This document shows, piece by piece, positions 38,223 to 48,849 of a stretch of 64,000 nucleotides of DNA. The stretch's first letter is position 1. The number at the start of each line of letters is the position of its first letter. The notes under the pieces were generated by a model. It had not been told where the DNA came from. It ran no database searches and worked only from the letters and a program-made list of their open reading frames with translations. The translations under genes were made by a program, and so were the position numbers. The stretch comes from Candidatus Humimicrobiia bacterium (lineage in GTDB: Bacteria > Actinomycetota > Humimicrobiia > JAHJRV01). The stretch is from contig JBARXA010000006.1 of the NCBI GenBank assembly GCA_049647085.1, forward strand, positions 2,670 to 66,669. The letters run 5' to 3'.

Positions 38223-40058
38223 TTAAATCAAAGCCTTTATAAAAGATTGGATTTTTTCACTGAAAATAGTAGTTGCTAGGTAAAAGGATATTGGAAATAT
38301 ATGAAGCAGATATCTTTCCAAGGAAGTTAAAAAGTCAGGTACTAAAGATGAACCTATAAGATAGATAATTAATGAAAATATAATGATAGATAAAATTACT
38401 CTATTTTCTTTGCCAAAAACTTTTTTTGGAAATATAAAAAAAGTAAGAATTATTATAATCCAATATATTGAGTAACTGGATTTGAAGAAACCAGTAGTTG
38501 AGTCATATTTAGAGAACAAAAATTCATTAAATAATCCAGAGATAGATTTAATAAAATTTTCTTTATAAAAAGTAATGGAATTTTTAAAACCACCCCAATC
38601 AACACTTAATATACCTAAATTTAATTTGGATTTTAATAATAGCCAGGGTGCTATAAAGATCAACATAACTATTAACACCAAAATCAATATAACAAACTTT
38701 TTATAATACTTTTCAAAAAATTTATATTCATAGAGATTCTTACTTATTTTATTATTCTCTTTTAAAGGTAGTGTTTCATCTCTTATTACTAAATCAAACT
38801 TATCTTTATGATTCCAATTTATTTTATTATCTTCTTTTAATAGTAGAGATTTATTCTCATACTTATTAGATTTAAATATATGGTCTTTTGATTTAAATAA
38901 AAAAAAGGCAAATAAAATAAAGATAAATCCTAAAAAAAGGATTCCCTCAGACCTTAATAGAGGAAGCTGTGAAGCGAAAATAGCTGATAATATTATTAAT
39001 CTATTAGTCTTTAATCCATCATTTTTAAATCTTATCCATAGAATCATAAACATAACTGACAGGTAAAGATAAAAAGCAAAAGCGAGGTTAGTATACTCAA
39101 TATATGAATGATCGAAAATAATTGGGACAGTAGAGAGTATAAAAGTAAAAAACAAAGAGGTTATTTTTGGATAGTTTTTCCCTAAAATTCTATTATCTTT
39201 TTTAATTTTTGCTGAATTGTTGTTTACTTTAGGATTTATTTCTGAATATTTTATTCTTAAAAAGCCATAATTGACAATAAGTAATGATACGTAAAATAAT
39301 GGAAATATTAGTTTCATCAGGTTTTCATTTAAAGTCCCCATAGAGAAATATGAATATGTTTGAAGAAGTGGAAGAAGTATTGGATAAGAAGGATGAGAAA
39401 ATTTGTATGAATGTTTACTGTAAAAATCATAAATTGTTTTATCCAAAAAGAAAGCTTTCGCCTTAAAACTCCAGCAGGTTATTGCATCCCAGAATCTAAC
39501 TGGAAAAATTGTAGTAATAAATATTGAGGTTAAGACTTGAAATAAGATCAAGACAATTAGGACGATTTCAATAATTTTGAATAGTTTTTGTTTGTTAAGA
39601 ACCTCAGAGTAATTTTTATAATTTAATATTTTTATTTTTTTTATTCTTGTTTCTGAACCTAGATTTTTATAAGCATTGATGTTATTTTTAACATTCTCTG
39701 TTCCATTATTTTTATTTGAAGTTTCATCTATGTTTATATTTCTATTTAAAGAATCTTTATTGTTTTTGACCACCTTTTCTAGAAGTTTAAGATTTATTTT
39801 CTGGTAAATTAAAATTAAAAAGCCTATTAAAACAATAATTGTCAAAAATAATAATATAGTTTGTAAAGCAAAATTAATCTCTAATAAAGATATTAATATC
39901 ATTACTAAAGAAACATTTCCAACTCCAATAGCGTATGAAATAGTTATAAAAAAAAGAAGATTTTGTTTTAATTTTGGAGGAAGTAAAATAAATGAAAAAG
40001 GCAGTCCACTTAATATAACTAATAATAATCTTAAAAATAATCTTATTATTGTAATCAT
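38223..40058 (-). CDS. large polytopic membrane protein (GT-C-like glycosyltransferase?)
   Basis: 611 aa with more than 12 TM segments, very AT-rich with an Asn/Lys-rich loop. Confidence 0.35.
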   Translation of the reverse strand: MITIIRLFLRLLLVILSGLPFSFILLPPKLKQNLLFFITISYAIGVGNVSLVMILISLLEINFALQTILLFLTIIVLIGFLILIYQKINLKLLEKVVKNNKDSLNRNINIDETSNKNNGTENVKNNINAYKNLGSETRIKKIKILNYKNYSEVLNKQKLFKIIEIVLIVLILFQVLTSIFITTIFPVRFWDAITCWSFKAKAFFLDKTIYDFYSKHSYKFSHPSYPILLPLLQTYSYFSMGTLNENLMKLIFPLFYVSLLIVNYGFLRIKYSEINPKVNNNSAKIKKDNRILGKNYPKITSLFFTFILSTVPIIFDHSYIEYTNLAFAFYLYLSVMFMILWIRFKNDGLKTNRLIILSAIFASQLPLLRSEGILFLGFIFILFAFFLFKSKDHIFKSNKYENKSLLLKEDNKINWNHKDKFDLVIRDETLPLKENNKISKNLYEYKFFEKYYKKFVILILVLIVMLIFIAPWLLLKSKLNLGILSVDWGGFKNSITFYKENFIKSISGLFNEFLFSKYDSTTGFFKSSYSIYWIIIILTFFIFPKKVFGKENRVILSIIIFSLIIYLIGSSLVPDFLTSLERYLLHIFPISFYLATTIFSEKIQSFIKALI

Positions 40059-40129
40059 ATTAATTTTTTAAAATCCAATTTTAATCCTAAGTTATAAAAA
40101 CAAGTAAATGTATGAAAAACTAGACATTT

Positions 40130-40762
40130 TTATTTTACATTAACAGGTTGTCGCAACAGCCAGACAAGTGCTCCTCCTGTTACTGCCCCCATAATAATCA
40201 CGAAAAATAACCCTATTGCGTTTAAAATTCCCAAGAATCTAAACCAGCTGCTAAACCAAACCACTGCGCCCAAGCTCCAACCCACTGCGCTAGCTAACAC
40301 CCACCAGCCAGCTCGGGAGATTTGCCTTCGCAGAAAAAACCACTGAAATACACCGGCTAGTGTCCCACCTAAGGACAAGAGAATAATCATGCCTAGAGCG
40401 AAGAAGTTCTCAGAGTCTAAGAAGTATTTCCTGGCTATGGATAAAGCTAAAAGCAGGACGGATGCTAAAACCATGCCTGCTACGATAGATGGTGCCCACC
40501 AACCGACTCGGGAAACTCTTCTTCTTAGAATAAGCCATTGCATAATGCCAACTCCTACTCCTGCACAGATTGTATAAAAGAACCCAGCCAACAGGGGGAT
40601 AAAGGGGAAGATAAAGGAATTATCAAGCTTAGAACCGATCATTTCACCCACGTTATGGCTCACGACTCGTGAAACGATAACGCAGATGCTAAAGCCTACG
40701 GTTGTGGCTAATACCCACTTTAGCCAAAAACCCCATCCGATCTTAGTTTGTTCAATTGTCAT
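40130..40762 (-). CDS. GC-enriched membrane protein with an internal duplication
   Basis: Two copies of G.G.GIMQW.ILRRRVSR.GWW / GTLAGVFQWFFLRRQISRAGWW. About 50% GC by eye. Confidence 0.45.
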   Translation of the reverse strand: MTIEQTKIGWGFWLKWVLATTVGFSICVIVSRVVSHNVGEMIGSKLDNSFIFPFIPLLAGFFYTICAGVGVGIMQWLILRRRVSRVGWWAPSIVAGMVLASVLLLALSIARKYFLDSENFFALGMIILLSLGGTLAGVFQWFFLRRQISRAGWWVLASAVGWSLGAVVWFSSWFRFLGILNAIGLFFVIIMGAVTGGALVWLLRQPVNVK

Positions 40763-41098
40763 AATAAGTCTCCTTTTGTTTATTTACTTTTACCTTTTTC
40801 TTTTAGTCATGTTTTAACCTCTTGTATGAAAAGACTATTCAAATGACTTTGAATTGAATATACTTCATTTTATTTCTTTAAATGCTATTTTTAGCACGTA
40901 TACAATATAATAAAAGATACCTTTAAAAAAAACAATTACAGAATCTATTATTTCCTAAAAACCTCGAGAGGTTGTTTATAAAATAAAGAAACCCTAAAGC
41001 TATTCCTTTTTAAAAGTAAAAAAGAAAAGATTAAAAAAGAAAAGATATTTAACTCTTGTCTTTTTTGTCTTATTATATAGTGGTAAAAAGGAGTTGAG

Positions 41099-42145
41099 AT
41101 GTTTAAACCAAAATTTACAATTACCAACAAAATAAACAAAGCTCTGCTTGAAATTGAAAGAGCGAGAGGGTTTCTCGAAGCAACTAAATTGAAAGAGGAG
41201 TGGATAAGAGAGATGCAAAGTGAGGCGCTCATACTCGAATCACATTATTCTACTCATATTGAGGGAACTAAATTAACTTTAGCACAATCAAAAAAAATTC
41301 TTACTGGAAAAACTGTAACAGGGATAAATAAAGATGACCGCCAAGAACTTTTAAACTATAAGGAAGCAATGGATTTTGTTTCAGAATATCTTGGAAAAAA
41401 ATCTGACATAACGGAGAATTTGGTAAAACAAATACATGAAATTTTGATTAAAGATGTAAGGGGAGGAACTCTTGAACCAGGAAAGTATAGAAAGGTTCAG
41501 AACTATGTAGTGAACTTACTTACTGGAGAGGTTGTTTATACCCCTCCACCACCTTCAGATGTTTCTCAGCTTATGAAGGAATTTGTTGATTGGTTAAATA
41601 ATAAATCCAATATTTCCCCAGTCCTAGCTGCAGGAATTAGCCAATATAAGCTTGTTGATATACATCCTTTCTTAGATGGAAATGGTAGGACAGCACGCGT
41701 TTTATGCACTCTTATTCTTTATCAAAATGGCTATGATTTTAAGAAACTTTTTTCATTATCTGAATACTATGATAAAGATAGAGCAGGATATTATGAAGCT
41801 ATTCAATCTGTTAGAGAAAATGAGATGTATATGACTTATTGGCTAGAATATTTTACAGAAGGTTTAAAAAATCAATTGATAGAAGTGAGGGCAAAAGGAG
41901 AAAAAGCTATTAAGAAAGAGATTATCATCGAAAAAGCAAAAAAATTTAATTTGAATGAGAGACAACAAAAAATTTTATTGCTTTTATTAAAAAAAGAGCG
42001 AGTTTCAGTTGAAGAAATGCGGAATATATTAAATTTGGTTAGAAGAACTGTTCAGCGGGATCTATCAAAACTATGTGATTTAAATTTAGTTAAAGAAATT
42101 TCCAAAAGCAAGACAGATCCCACAAAATATTATAAGTTACTGTGA
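41099..42145 (+). CDS. Fic-family protein with C-terminal winged-HTH
   Basis: HPFLDGNGRTARVL Fic motif. C-terminal DeoR-like HTH. Confidence 0.85.
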   Translation: MFKPKFTITNKINKALLEIERARGFLEATKLKEEWIREMQSEALILESHYSTHIEGTKLTLAQSKKILTGKTVTGINKDDRQELLNYKEAMDFVSEYLGKKSDITENLVKQIHEILIKDVRGGTLEPGKYRKVQNYVVNLLTGEVVYTPPPPSDVSQLMKEFVDWLNNKSNISPVLAAGISQYKLVDIHPFLDGNGRTARVLCTLILYQNGYDFKKLFSLSEYYDKDRAGYYEAIQSVRENEMYMTYWLEYFTEGLKNQLIEVRAKGEKAIKKEIIIEKAKKFNLNERQQKILLLLLKKERVSVEEMRNILNLVRRTVQRDLSKLCDLNLVKEISKSKTDPTKYYKLL

Positions 42146-42182
42146 CGATTTACTGTGACAATACTGTGACATCTACTGTGAC
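42138..42182 (+). repeat. four direct repeats of TACTGTGAC (period 11-13 nt) overlapping the fic stop codon
   Basis: Units at 42138, 42151, 42162 and 42174. A second tandem pair GGTTGGCGATTA x2 is at 42257-42280. Confidence 0.7.
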
Positions 42183-42330
42183 AAAAGAAGCTAATAAAAT
42201 TAGGAGTTATTAAAAGGAGGGCTAAAGGAAGATCCACAAATTGCATACATAAATAAGGTTGGCGATTAGGTTGGCGATTAAGATAATTCTTTTATTCTTT
42301 AATTTATCTAAACTATGAAATTTCTTAAAA

Positions 42331-42837
42331 TTAATCTGAAATTTTGTAAATAAAACCAGCCTGCTCTTTATATTTATCAATTATTTGAAAATTTTTAAAA
42401 CTATCTTCTAAGTTTTTTAGATTCTCTGATGGTTTAAGTACAATTAAATAATTAACTGAGTTATCGGTTATTTCTTCATAGATTTCATCTAAACTCTTTT
42501 CCTCTGTTTTTATGGTAATTACATTTCTTGGATAAAGAACATATGCAGTTCTTGGATATATGTATTGTGTTTCCCTTGGATATAAAATTGCAACATTTTT
42601 ATAAGCTGGAATTTTTTCATCACACCACCACAGGAAATAATCAAAATTTTCAAATCCTGCATAAGTCTTATCCAGATCTCCTTGCAAGATTTTTTTTCCA
42701 TGACTTTTCCAAAGAGAAGAGATTGTAAAGACCTCGTTTTTTATTTGACTCAGAGAGAACATCATAATTAATATTAGAAAGGAAATTATCAGGAAGTTTC
42801 TTAGATTAGCAATTTTAAAATGTTGCAATTTCTTCAT
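42331..42837 (-). CDS. hypothetical TM-anchored or exported protein
   Basis: 168 aa with an N-terminal TM segment. Confidence 0.4.
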   Translation of the reverse strand: MKKLQHFKIANLRNFLIISFLILIMMFSLSQIKNEVFTISSLWKSHGKKILQGDLDKTYAGFENFDYFLWWCDEKIPAYKNVAILYPRETQYIYPRTAYVLYPRNVITIKTEEKSLDEIYEEITDNSVNYLIVLKPSENLKNLEDSFKNFQIIDKYKEQAGFIYKISD

Positions 42838-43335
42838 ATTACTATTAACAACTTTTTAAGATCACCTATATTATAGTTTAATTGTAGTATAGCAGTTTGT
42901 AATTTCAATATTTTTAAAAATAAAATTTATTTTAAGCTTCATGAATTATTATTCATATCTTATTTTCAATAACTAAATATTAAAGATAATTACTTAATTT
43001 AAGATTTAAATTTTTATTGGTAAGTTATTTCTGCAAGTATACTATATTTGTATACTATGAGAAACAAATCTAACCTAAATTAAGTTGGAACAAAAGAAAG
43101 TTTTTGTTTTGTTATTGTGTTAAAATTAAAAAGTTAAAAAATATAAAAATTTATAAGGGTGAAAATTGATTTTATAAAAATTAATGAAATAAAAAATTAT
43201 TAAAAAAATATTTTTGGACTTTTTATATTATCAACTTTATATTATAAATACATATAAATTTTATTATAATGTTATTATAATATTTCTATTAATAAATTTT
43301 TTATTAATAACCCCTTTAAGCGAAAGGCAATATTT

Positions 43336-45135
43336 GTGAGTTATCAGGCATTATATAATAAATATCGTCCTCAGACCTTTGAAGAAGTTGTTGGTCAAAA
43401 ACATATACTAAAAACATTAAAAAACGCTATTAGCCAGGATAGGGTTTCTCATGCCTATCTTTTTTGTGGACCTCATGGGATTGGAAAAACTACAATTGCA
43501 AGAGTATTAGCCAAAGCCTTAGATTGTAAAAAAGGCATGACCACTAATCCATGTAATAAATGCAATATTTGCAGTAGTATTTCAAATGGAAGTTGTATTG
43601 ATGTACTTGAAATAGATGCTGCATCAAATAGGGGAATAGATGAGATAAGGGATTTGAGAGAGAAAGTTAATTATCTTCCAATTCAAGCTAGAAAAAAGAT
43701 TTATATTATAGATGAAGTTCATATGCTTACAACAGAAGCTTTTAATGCACTTTTAAAGACGTTAGAAGAACCACCAGCTCATGTGATTTTTATGATGGCA
43801 ACGACTGAACCTAATAAAATACTTCCTACCATATTATCCAGGTGTCAGAGATTTGATCTACATTTAATTTCTCCTGAAGATATAGTAAAACGCTTAGAAT
43901 ACATAGCCAAGAAGGAGAAAATAAAGGTTTTATCATCAGCTCTTTCATTAATTGCAGGACATTCAAAGGGGAGTCAGAGAGATGCTATTGGAATACTGGA
44001 TCAACTTCATTCATTTACTGATAAAAAGATAACAGAAGAGGATGTGGCATCCTTACTTGGAGTTTTAGATTATAAAAATCTTTTTAAAATTATTAATCTT
44101 ATTATAAAGAGGGACACCGGGGGCTTAATTTATCTAATAGATGAATTATCTCAGTTAGGAATAGATTTAAGGCAATTAGTAGGAGATATAGTTGAGTATC
44201 TCAGGGGAATGTTAATAACTAAAAATATTAAAAAAACAACAATGGATTTAGTTTATATTCCAAAAGATTTAAAAGCTGCTTTTACCAGACAATCAAAGCA
44301 ACTTGAATTAGAAGAAATACAGAGACTTTTAGATCTATTCGGTCAAACATATAAGGATATGAGATGGGCACCTGATAATAAATTACTGCTTGAGATAAGT
44401 TTAATAAAAGCAACAAGACTCTCATTAGATGATACTTTGTCTGGGCTTTTATCCAGGGTAAAGGAGTTAGAAGATCATTTAGAATTGAAAGTAAAGGAAG
44501 AAGTTATAGTTACTGATTCGCATTTAGAAAGGGAAAAGAAGGTTGAAGTAGAAAAGAGGGAAAAATTGGTTAAAGAAGATGATTTGGAAAAAGAGATTTT
44601 AGAAACTGGAGAAAAATTTGAGGAAGAAGTACAGGAAATTTTTGAAGAGGAGGAGAAGGAGGCATTAGAACCAGAAAGAGTTGAGGAGATTGAATATAAA
44701 CCAGAGAAATTAGAAATAAAAGAAGAAGTTAAGGTAAAGAAAAAAGTAAAAGAGAAAGCAGCTGATTTTAATTTTGAATCTATACAAAAATTGTGGCCTT
44801 TAGTTCTTGAGGAATTAAAAGAAAAAAGCAAACCCACACATGCATTTTTGCTTTATGCAATGCCAGTTAAAGTAACAGATAATTTAATAGAAATTCAGTT
44901 TGAACCAGAAGCAAAGTTCCAAATGGAGATATTAGAAAGGGAGGATCATTTTAAAAAAATTCAAGACACCTTGTCAAAAATATTAGGTAGAAAAGTGAAC
45001 ATTCATCTTACTATTAGAGAGGAGGAGAAAGAAGAAATCACACCAAAAAAAAAGGTTGTAAAGAAAGAAAAGATAAGTGAAAATGAGGTTGCAGAGTTAT
45101 TAAAAGCTGAATTTGATGCTGAATCAATGGATTAA
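43336..45135 (+). CDS. dnaX: DNA polymerase III subunit gamma/tau
   Basis: N-terminus YRPQTFEEVVGQ, Walker A GPHGIGKTT, zinc module CNKCNIC, long KE-rich C-terminal region. Confidence 0.9.
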   Translation: MSYQALYNKYRPQTFEEVVGQKHILKTLKNAISQDRVSHAYLFCGPHGIGKTTIARVLAKALDCKKGMTTNPCNKCNICSSISNGSCIDVLEIDAASNRGIDEIRDLREKVNYLPIQARKKIYIIDEVHMLTTEAFNALLKTLEEPPAHVIFMMATTEPNKILPTILSRCQRFDLHLISPEDIVKRLEYIAKKEKIKVLSSALSLIAGHSKGSQRDAIGILDQLHSFTDKKITEEDVASLLGVLDYKNLFKIINLIIKRDTGGLIYLIDELSQLGIDLRQLVGDIVEYLRGMLITKNIKKTTMDLVYIPKDLKAAFTRQSKQLELEEIQRLLDLFGQTYKDMRWAPDNKLLLEISLIKATRLSLDDTLSGLLSRVKELEDHLELKVKEEVIVTDSHLEREKKVEVEKREKLVKEDDLEKEILETGEKFEEEVQEIFEEEEKEALEPERVEEIEYKPEKLEIKEEVKVKKKVKEKAADFNFESIQKLWPLVLEELKEKSKPTHAFLLYAMPVKVTDNLIEIQFEPEAKFQMEILEREDHFKKIQDTLSKILGRKVNIHLTIREEEKEEITPKKKVVKKEKISENEVAELLKAEFDAESMD

Positions 45136-45196
45136 TTCCAAAAGATATATTAACTTTATAATAATTTTTAAATAAGAATATTCAAAGGAGAATGTT

Positions 45197-45799
45197 TTGA
45201 ATTACCACTCAACAACAATTGAAAACCTTATAAATGAATTAAAAAAATTACCAGGGATTGGTCAGAAAACTGCCCAGAGATTAACTTTTTTTATATTATC
45301 AGTTCCGAAAAAGGAAGCAATTAGTCTTGCACGAGCAATAGTTGATTTAAAAGAAAAAACAAAGCAATGCAGGATTTGTTTTAATGTATCAGATAAGGAA
45401 ATCTGCAATATTTGTAAGGATGAAAGAAGGGATGAAACTGTTATTTGTGTTGTAGAAAATTCCTGGGATGTGATAGCCTTAGAAAGGTCAGGGCAGTTCA
45501 AAGGATTATATCATGTTTTAGGTGGAGCCCTTTCACCAATAAATAATATTGGACCTGGTGATATTAGAGTTAAAGAACTACTTAACCGGATTAAAGAAGA
45601 TAAAATTAAAGAAGTAATAGTTGCTACTAACCCCAACATTCAAGGTGACATAACTGCATTATATATAGCCAAACTGTTAAATCCCTTGGGGGTAAAGGTT
45701 ACCAGAATAGCAAGAGGGCTTCCAGTTGGTGGAGATTTAGAATATGCGGATGAGGTTACATTGGGGAAAGCCATTCAGGGTAGAACAGAAATAATATAA
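45197..45799 (+). CDS. recR: recombination protein RecR
   Basis: HhH (LPGIGQKTAQRL), C4 zinc finger (CRIC...CNIC), Toprim domain. Confidence 0.9.
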   Translation: MNYHSTTIENLINELKKLPGIGQKTAQRLTFFILSVPKKEAISLARAIVDLKEKTKQCRICFNVSDKEICNICKDERRDETVICVVENSWDVIALERSGQFKGLYHVLGGALSPINNIGPGDIRVKELLNRIKEDKIKEVIVATNPNIQGDITALYIAKLLNPLGVKVTRIARGLPVGGDLEYADEVTLGKAIQGRTEII

Positions 45800-46058
45800 T
45801 TTTATGAATTAGAGTTACCTATTTTAAGGTGTTTAAAGCACAGTTTTTAAACATTTATTGAGAATGTTGGGACACATTTTTTTAAGATCTGTTAATAGTG
45901 TTATTACTACAACAATATGTTAAAGATATAAACAATATTATATATTGGTAATAAACAATAAATATTAGTTGATTTTTAAAGAAAAACTCTAATAATTAGT
46001 TTAAACTATACTGGAATTTTCAATAGTTCAGTATAAAAATAAAGGAAGGTCAACTACC

Positions 46059-46916
46059 ATGAGCATGCATAGTAATCTCAAAAACTCGATTCACACACTG
46101 TATCTTCAAATGGGTCGTGCTGACATGATTGAACAATTACCGGAGGTCGAGAGTCAGGACCAAGCGTACGAGCGCTGGCTTGAAAAAGTTAAAAATAAGG
46201 AGATAATGGAGCACGTTACAATACAGTACGAGAAAGGCATCGATTTGGAGAATCGCCGCAAATTCAAAAAGGCTAGGAAGTTATACGAGTCGCTACTGGC
46301 GGAGTACCCTGATTTCACTAACGCCCATTGCCGCTTGGGCTATGTCCTCGATTCGACTAAAAAGTTTGCTGATGCAATTGATGTGTTTATTAGAGCCTTG
46401 GAAATCGACCCTGAGTTCGATCTAGTATATTTCCGGACTGGTCAACTAATGAAAATGGTTGGGCGAGTGGATGAAGCTGAAACAATATATCGCAAGGTGA
46501 TCGAATTGAATCCGCGCGTTGCTGCAGCGCGTAATAACCTAGGTCTAATTCTCATTGACAAAAAGGATTGGGAAGGAGCTAAGGAACAGTTTCGTGCTAT
46601 TCTTGAGGATTTCCCCAACGCCCAAAACGCAAAGAAGAATCTTCGTGCAGCAGAGAAGAAAAGAGGACGAGGAGGTTGTTTTATTGCAACTGCTGCGATA
46701 GGAAGCGATGCTGCCTTTGAAGTAGATGTACTAAGAGAGTTTCGCGACACATACCTTTTCAAGTCTACGATTGGACAAGCAATTGTTAAAATTTACTATA
46801 CAATATCACCGCAACCAGCCAAATGGATTGCGCGACATAATTCTGTGCGTGTAGTAGTGAGAAGGCTGATTATATACCCAGCGATCAAATTGATCTGCTT
46901 GTTTCAGAAAAAGTAG
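46059..46916 (+). CDS. TPR-repeat protein with conserved C-terminal GGCFIATAA...LREFRD region; GC-enriched
   Basis: TPR helices in the middle. The C-terminal motif GRGGCFIATAAIGSDAAFEVDVLREFRDTYL is a recurring C-terminal domain in some surface-associated proteins (assignment from memory). Confidence 0.5.
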   Translation: MSMHSNLKNSIHTLYLQMGRADMIEQLPEVESQDQAYERWLEKVKNKEIMEHVTIQYEKGIDLENRRKFKKARKLYESLLAEYPDFTNAHCRLGYVLDSTKKFADAIDVFIRALEIDPEFDLVYFRTGQLMKMVGRVDEAETIYRKVIELNPRVAAARNNLGLILIDKKDWEGAKEQFRAILEDFPNAQNAKKNLRAAEKKRGRGGCFIATAAIGSDAAFEVDVLREFRDTYLFKSTIGQAIVKIYYTISPQPAKWIARHNSVRVVVRRLIIYPAIKLICLFQKK

Positions 46917-47613
46917 CCATGTTTGCCCACGTAGGGTAATCTCAAGGGCATCATCGGTAGAAATTTATATATGTATATATCAAAGCGTCTTAGCCTTTCT
47001 TCTGTACTATTCTACCAAGCTCAAAGTGCAATTAGTTACCTATGAACTGGCAAAGAGTGTTATATTTAACAGGTGCTCGAAAAAGTAAAATGATTCAGAA
47101 TGAACAATAAAATTTATTACTTGTCATAATAAGCTATTTTGAGGGGAACAAGGATAATCTGGACTTAACCACAAAGGCAGATTGACATTAGTCACTTGTT
47201 CTCTTTATTGGTCTTTGTTATATTAAAATAGAATATCTGAGAGGTGACGAGGAATCTCTTCTTTTTATGTAGTGAGATTCTTCAGTCGCTATTCCTTCTT
47301 CAAACTTATCTCTTCATTAGATTAAGTGTAAACTATGAGTGAAATCAGAGATTAATACCAGAGAAAATACTTTTAATTTACCTTGGTTAATAGTAGGGGT
47401 TAGACGAGGATATTATTACTAATCTAATCCAGTATTTTTCTAAATGTTGATAATATTTATATGATAGTGTTTTTTAAAGAATTGTTTTTAAAATTATAAT
47501 TATTAAGAAAAATTGATAAAAATAGTTATATAATTAAAGCCTGTCAATTTTTATTAATGATAAGTTAAAACTGTTAAACTTTAGATGGTGAAAAATAAAT
47601 CAGGAGAAAAAAA

Positions 47614-47949
47614 ATGGCATTTAAAATTTATGGGAAAATTTTAGAAAAGGAAACAGGGAAAGGAATACCAAACTTAATAGTCAAAGCTGTTGATAAGGAT
47701 TTATTATATGATGACATATTGGGTGAAGTAACCACTGATGAGAATGGCAATTTTGAAATTAAATATAACAAGGAAGATTTCATGGGACTTTTACTTGATA
47801 AAGAACCAGATATTTATCTAAATATTAGAAATGCAAATGGAGATGTGATTTATACAACTGAGACAAAAGTAGTGTATGACGCTCTTGAGGAAGAAGAATT
47901 TATTATAAGAATTTCTAAAAGTTTAATTAAAGGAAAAAAAGAAGATTGA
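47614..47949 (+). CDS. small beta-sandwich (carboxypeptidase-regulatory / transthyretin-like) domain protein
   Basis: G.I....GKGIPNLIVKAVDKD......TTDENGNFEIKY pattern. Confidence 0.35.
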   Translation: MAFKIYGKILEKETGKGIPNLIVKAVDKDLLYDDILGEVTTDENGNFEIKYNKEDFMGLLLDKEPDIYLNIRNANGDVIYTTETKVVYDALEEEEFIIRISKSLIKGKKED

Positions 47950-48043
47950 TCTATACTAAGAGAAGTAAACCAACCAATAAAGCAAATAATATATTTTAAA
48001 TAATATATTAAGAATAAATTTAATAATTTATATAGGAGGAAAT

Positions 48044-48616
48044 TTGAAAGACTTAATTGAAGTGAGATGGCATGGCAGGGGAGGTCAAGGGGCAGTTACT
48101 GTTTCAAAAATGTTAGCTGAATCAGCTTTGAGTGAAGGTTATCATGTTCAAGCATTTCCAGAATATGGAGCAGAAAGAATGGGGGCTCCAGTTCAGGCTT
48201 TTACCAGGATAAGCAAAGAACCAATAATAATTCATTCACATGTTGAAAATCCAAAAATTGTATTGGTGTTAGATCCTTCATTAATTGTAAGTATTGACAT
48301 TTTAGAGGGGCTTGATCCAGACGGAACTATTATTATAAATTCAACACAATCTCCAAAAGAAATAAGAAAGACATTGGATGTTGGAAAAAGAAAGGTTTTC
48401 ACTATAGATGCAAATACTATTTCTTTGGAAGAGTTGGGTAGAGTTATTCCCAATACACCTTTACTTGGAGCCTTTTCTAAGACATCTGGACTTGTTAGTC
48501 TTAAAAATATGGAAAAGGCAGTAAAAAAGCAGCTTTCAAAAAAATTCCCCGTCTCTATTGTAGATGCTAATATAAAAGCCCTAAGAAGGGGATACGAAGA
48601 AGTAATGGGAAATTAA
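48044..48616 (+). CDS. porG: pyruvate/2-oxoacid:ferredoxin oxidoreductase gamma subunit
   Basis: TTG start with AGGAGG RBS. RWHGRGGQGAVT motif. Confidence 0.85.
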   Translation: MKDLIEVRWHGRGGQGAVTVSKMLAESALSEGYHVQAFPEYGAERMGAPVQAFTRISKEPIIIHSHVENPKIVLVLDPSLIVSIDILEGLDPDGTIIINSTQSPKEIRKTLDVGKRKVFTIDANTISLEELGRVIPNTPLLGAFSKTSGLVSLKNMEKAVKKQLSKKFPVSIVDANIKALRRGYEEVMGN

Positions 48617-48655
48617 CTCCTACTAATTATCACTTTTGTATTTCAATATAAATTT

Positions 48656-48690
48656 GTTATTCTGAGCTACCAAAGGTGGCGAAGAACCTT
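48656..48690 (+). repeat. family-1 REP-like repeat (GTTATTCTGAGCTACCAAAGGTGGCGAAGAACCTT)
   Basis: Directly after the porG stop. Confidence 0.65.
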
Positions 48691-48849
48691 ATAACGAATA
48701 GTTATAGAAAGAACAAGATCAAAATTATAAAAGCAATCTTTAAAGGTTGCTTTATTTTTTTAATAATAATAAAAAAATTCTTGCAATTTTAATAATTTAT
48801 GTTATAATTAACTGAAAATGAAAACCGTTATCATTTAGGAGACTGTATT

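Noticed and set aside
44475-44837. 120-aa minus-strand Ser-rich ORF
   Set aside because: Antisense shadow of the KE-rich low-complexity C-terminal region of dnaX.
44500-45100. Apparent DNA repeat in dnaX
   Set aside because: Reflects GAA/AAA/GAG codon repetition of a KE-rich protein linker, not a mobile or tandem DNA element.
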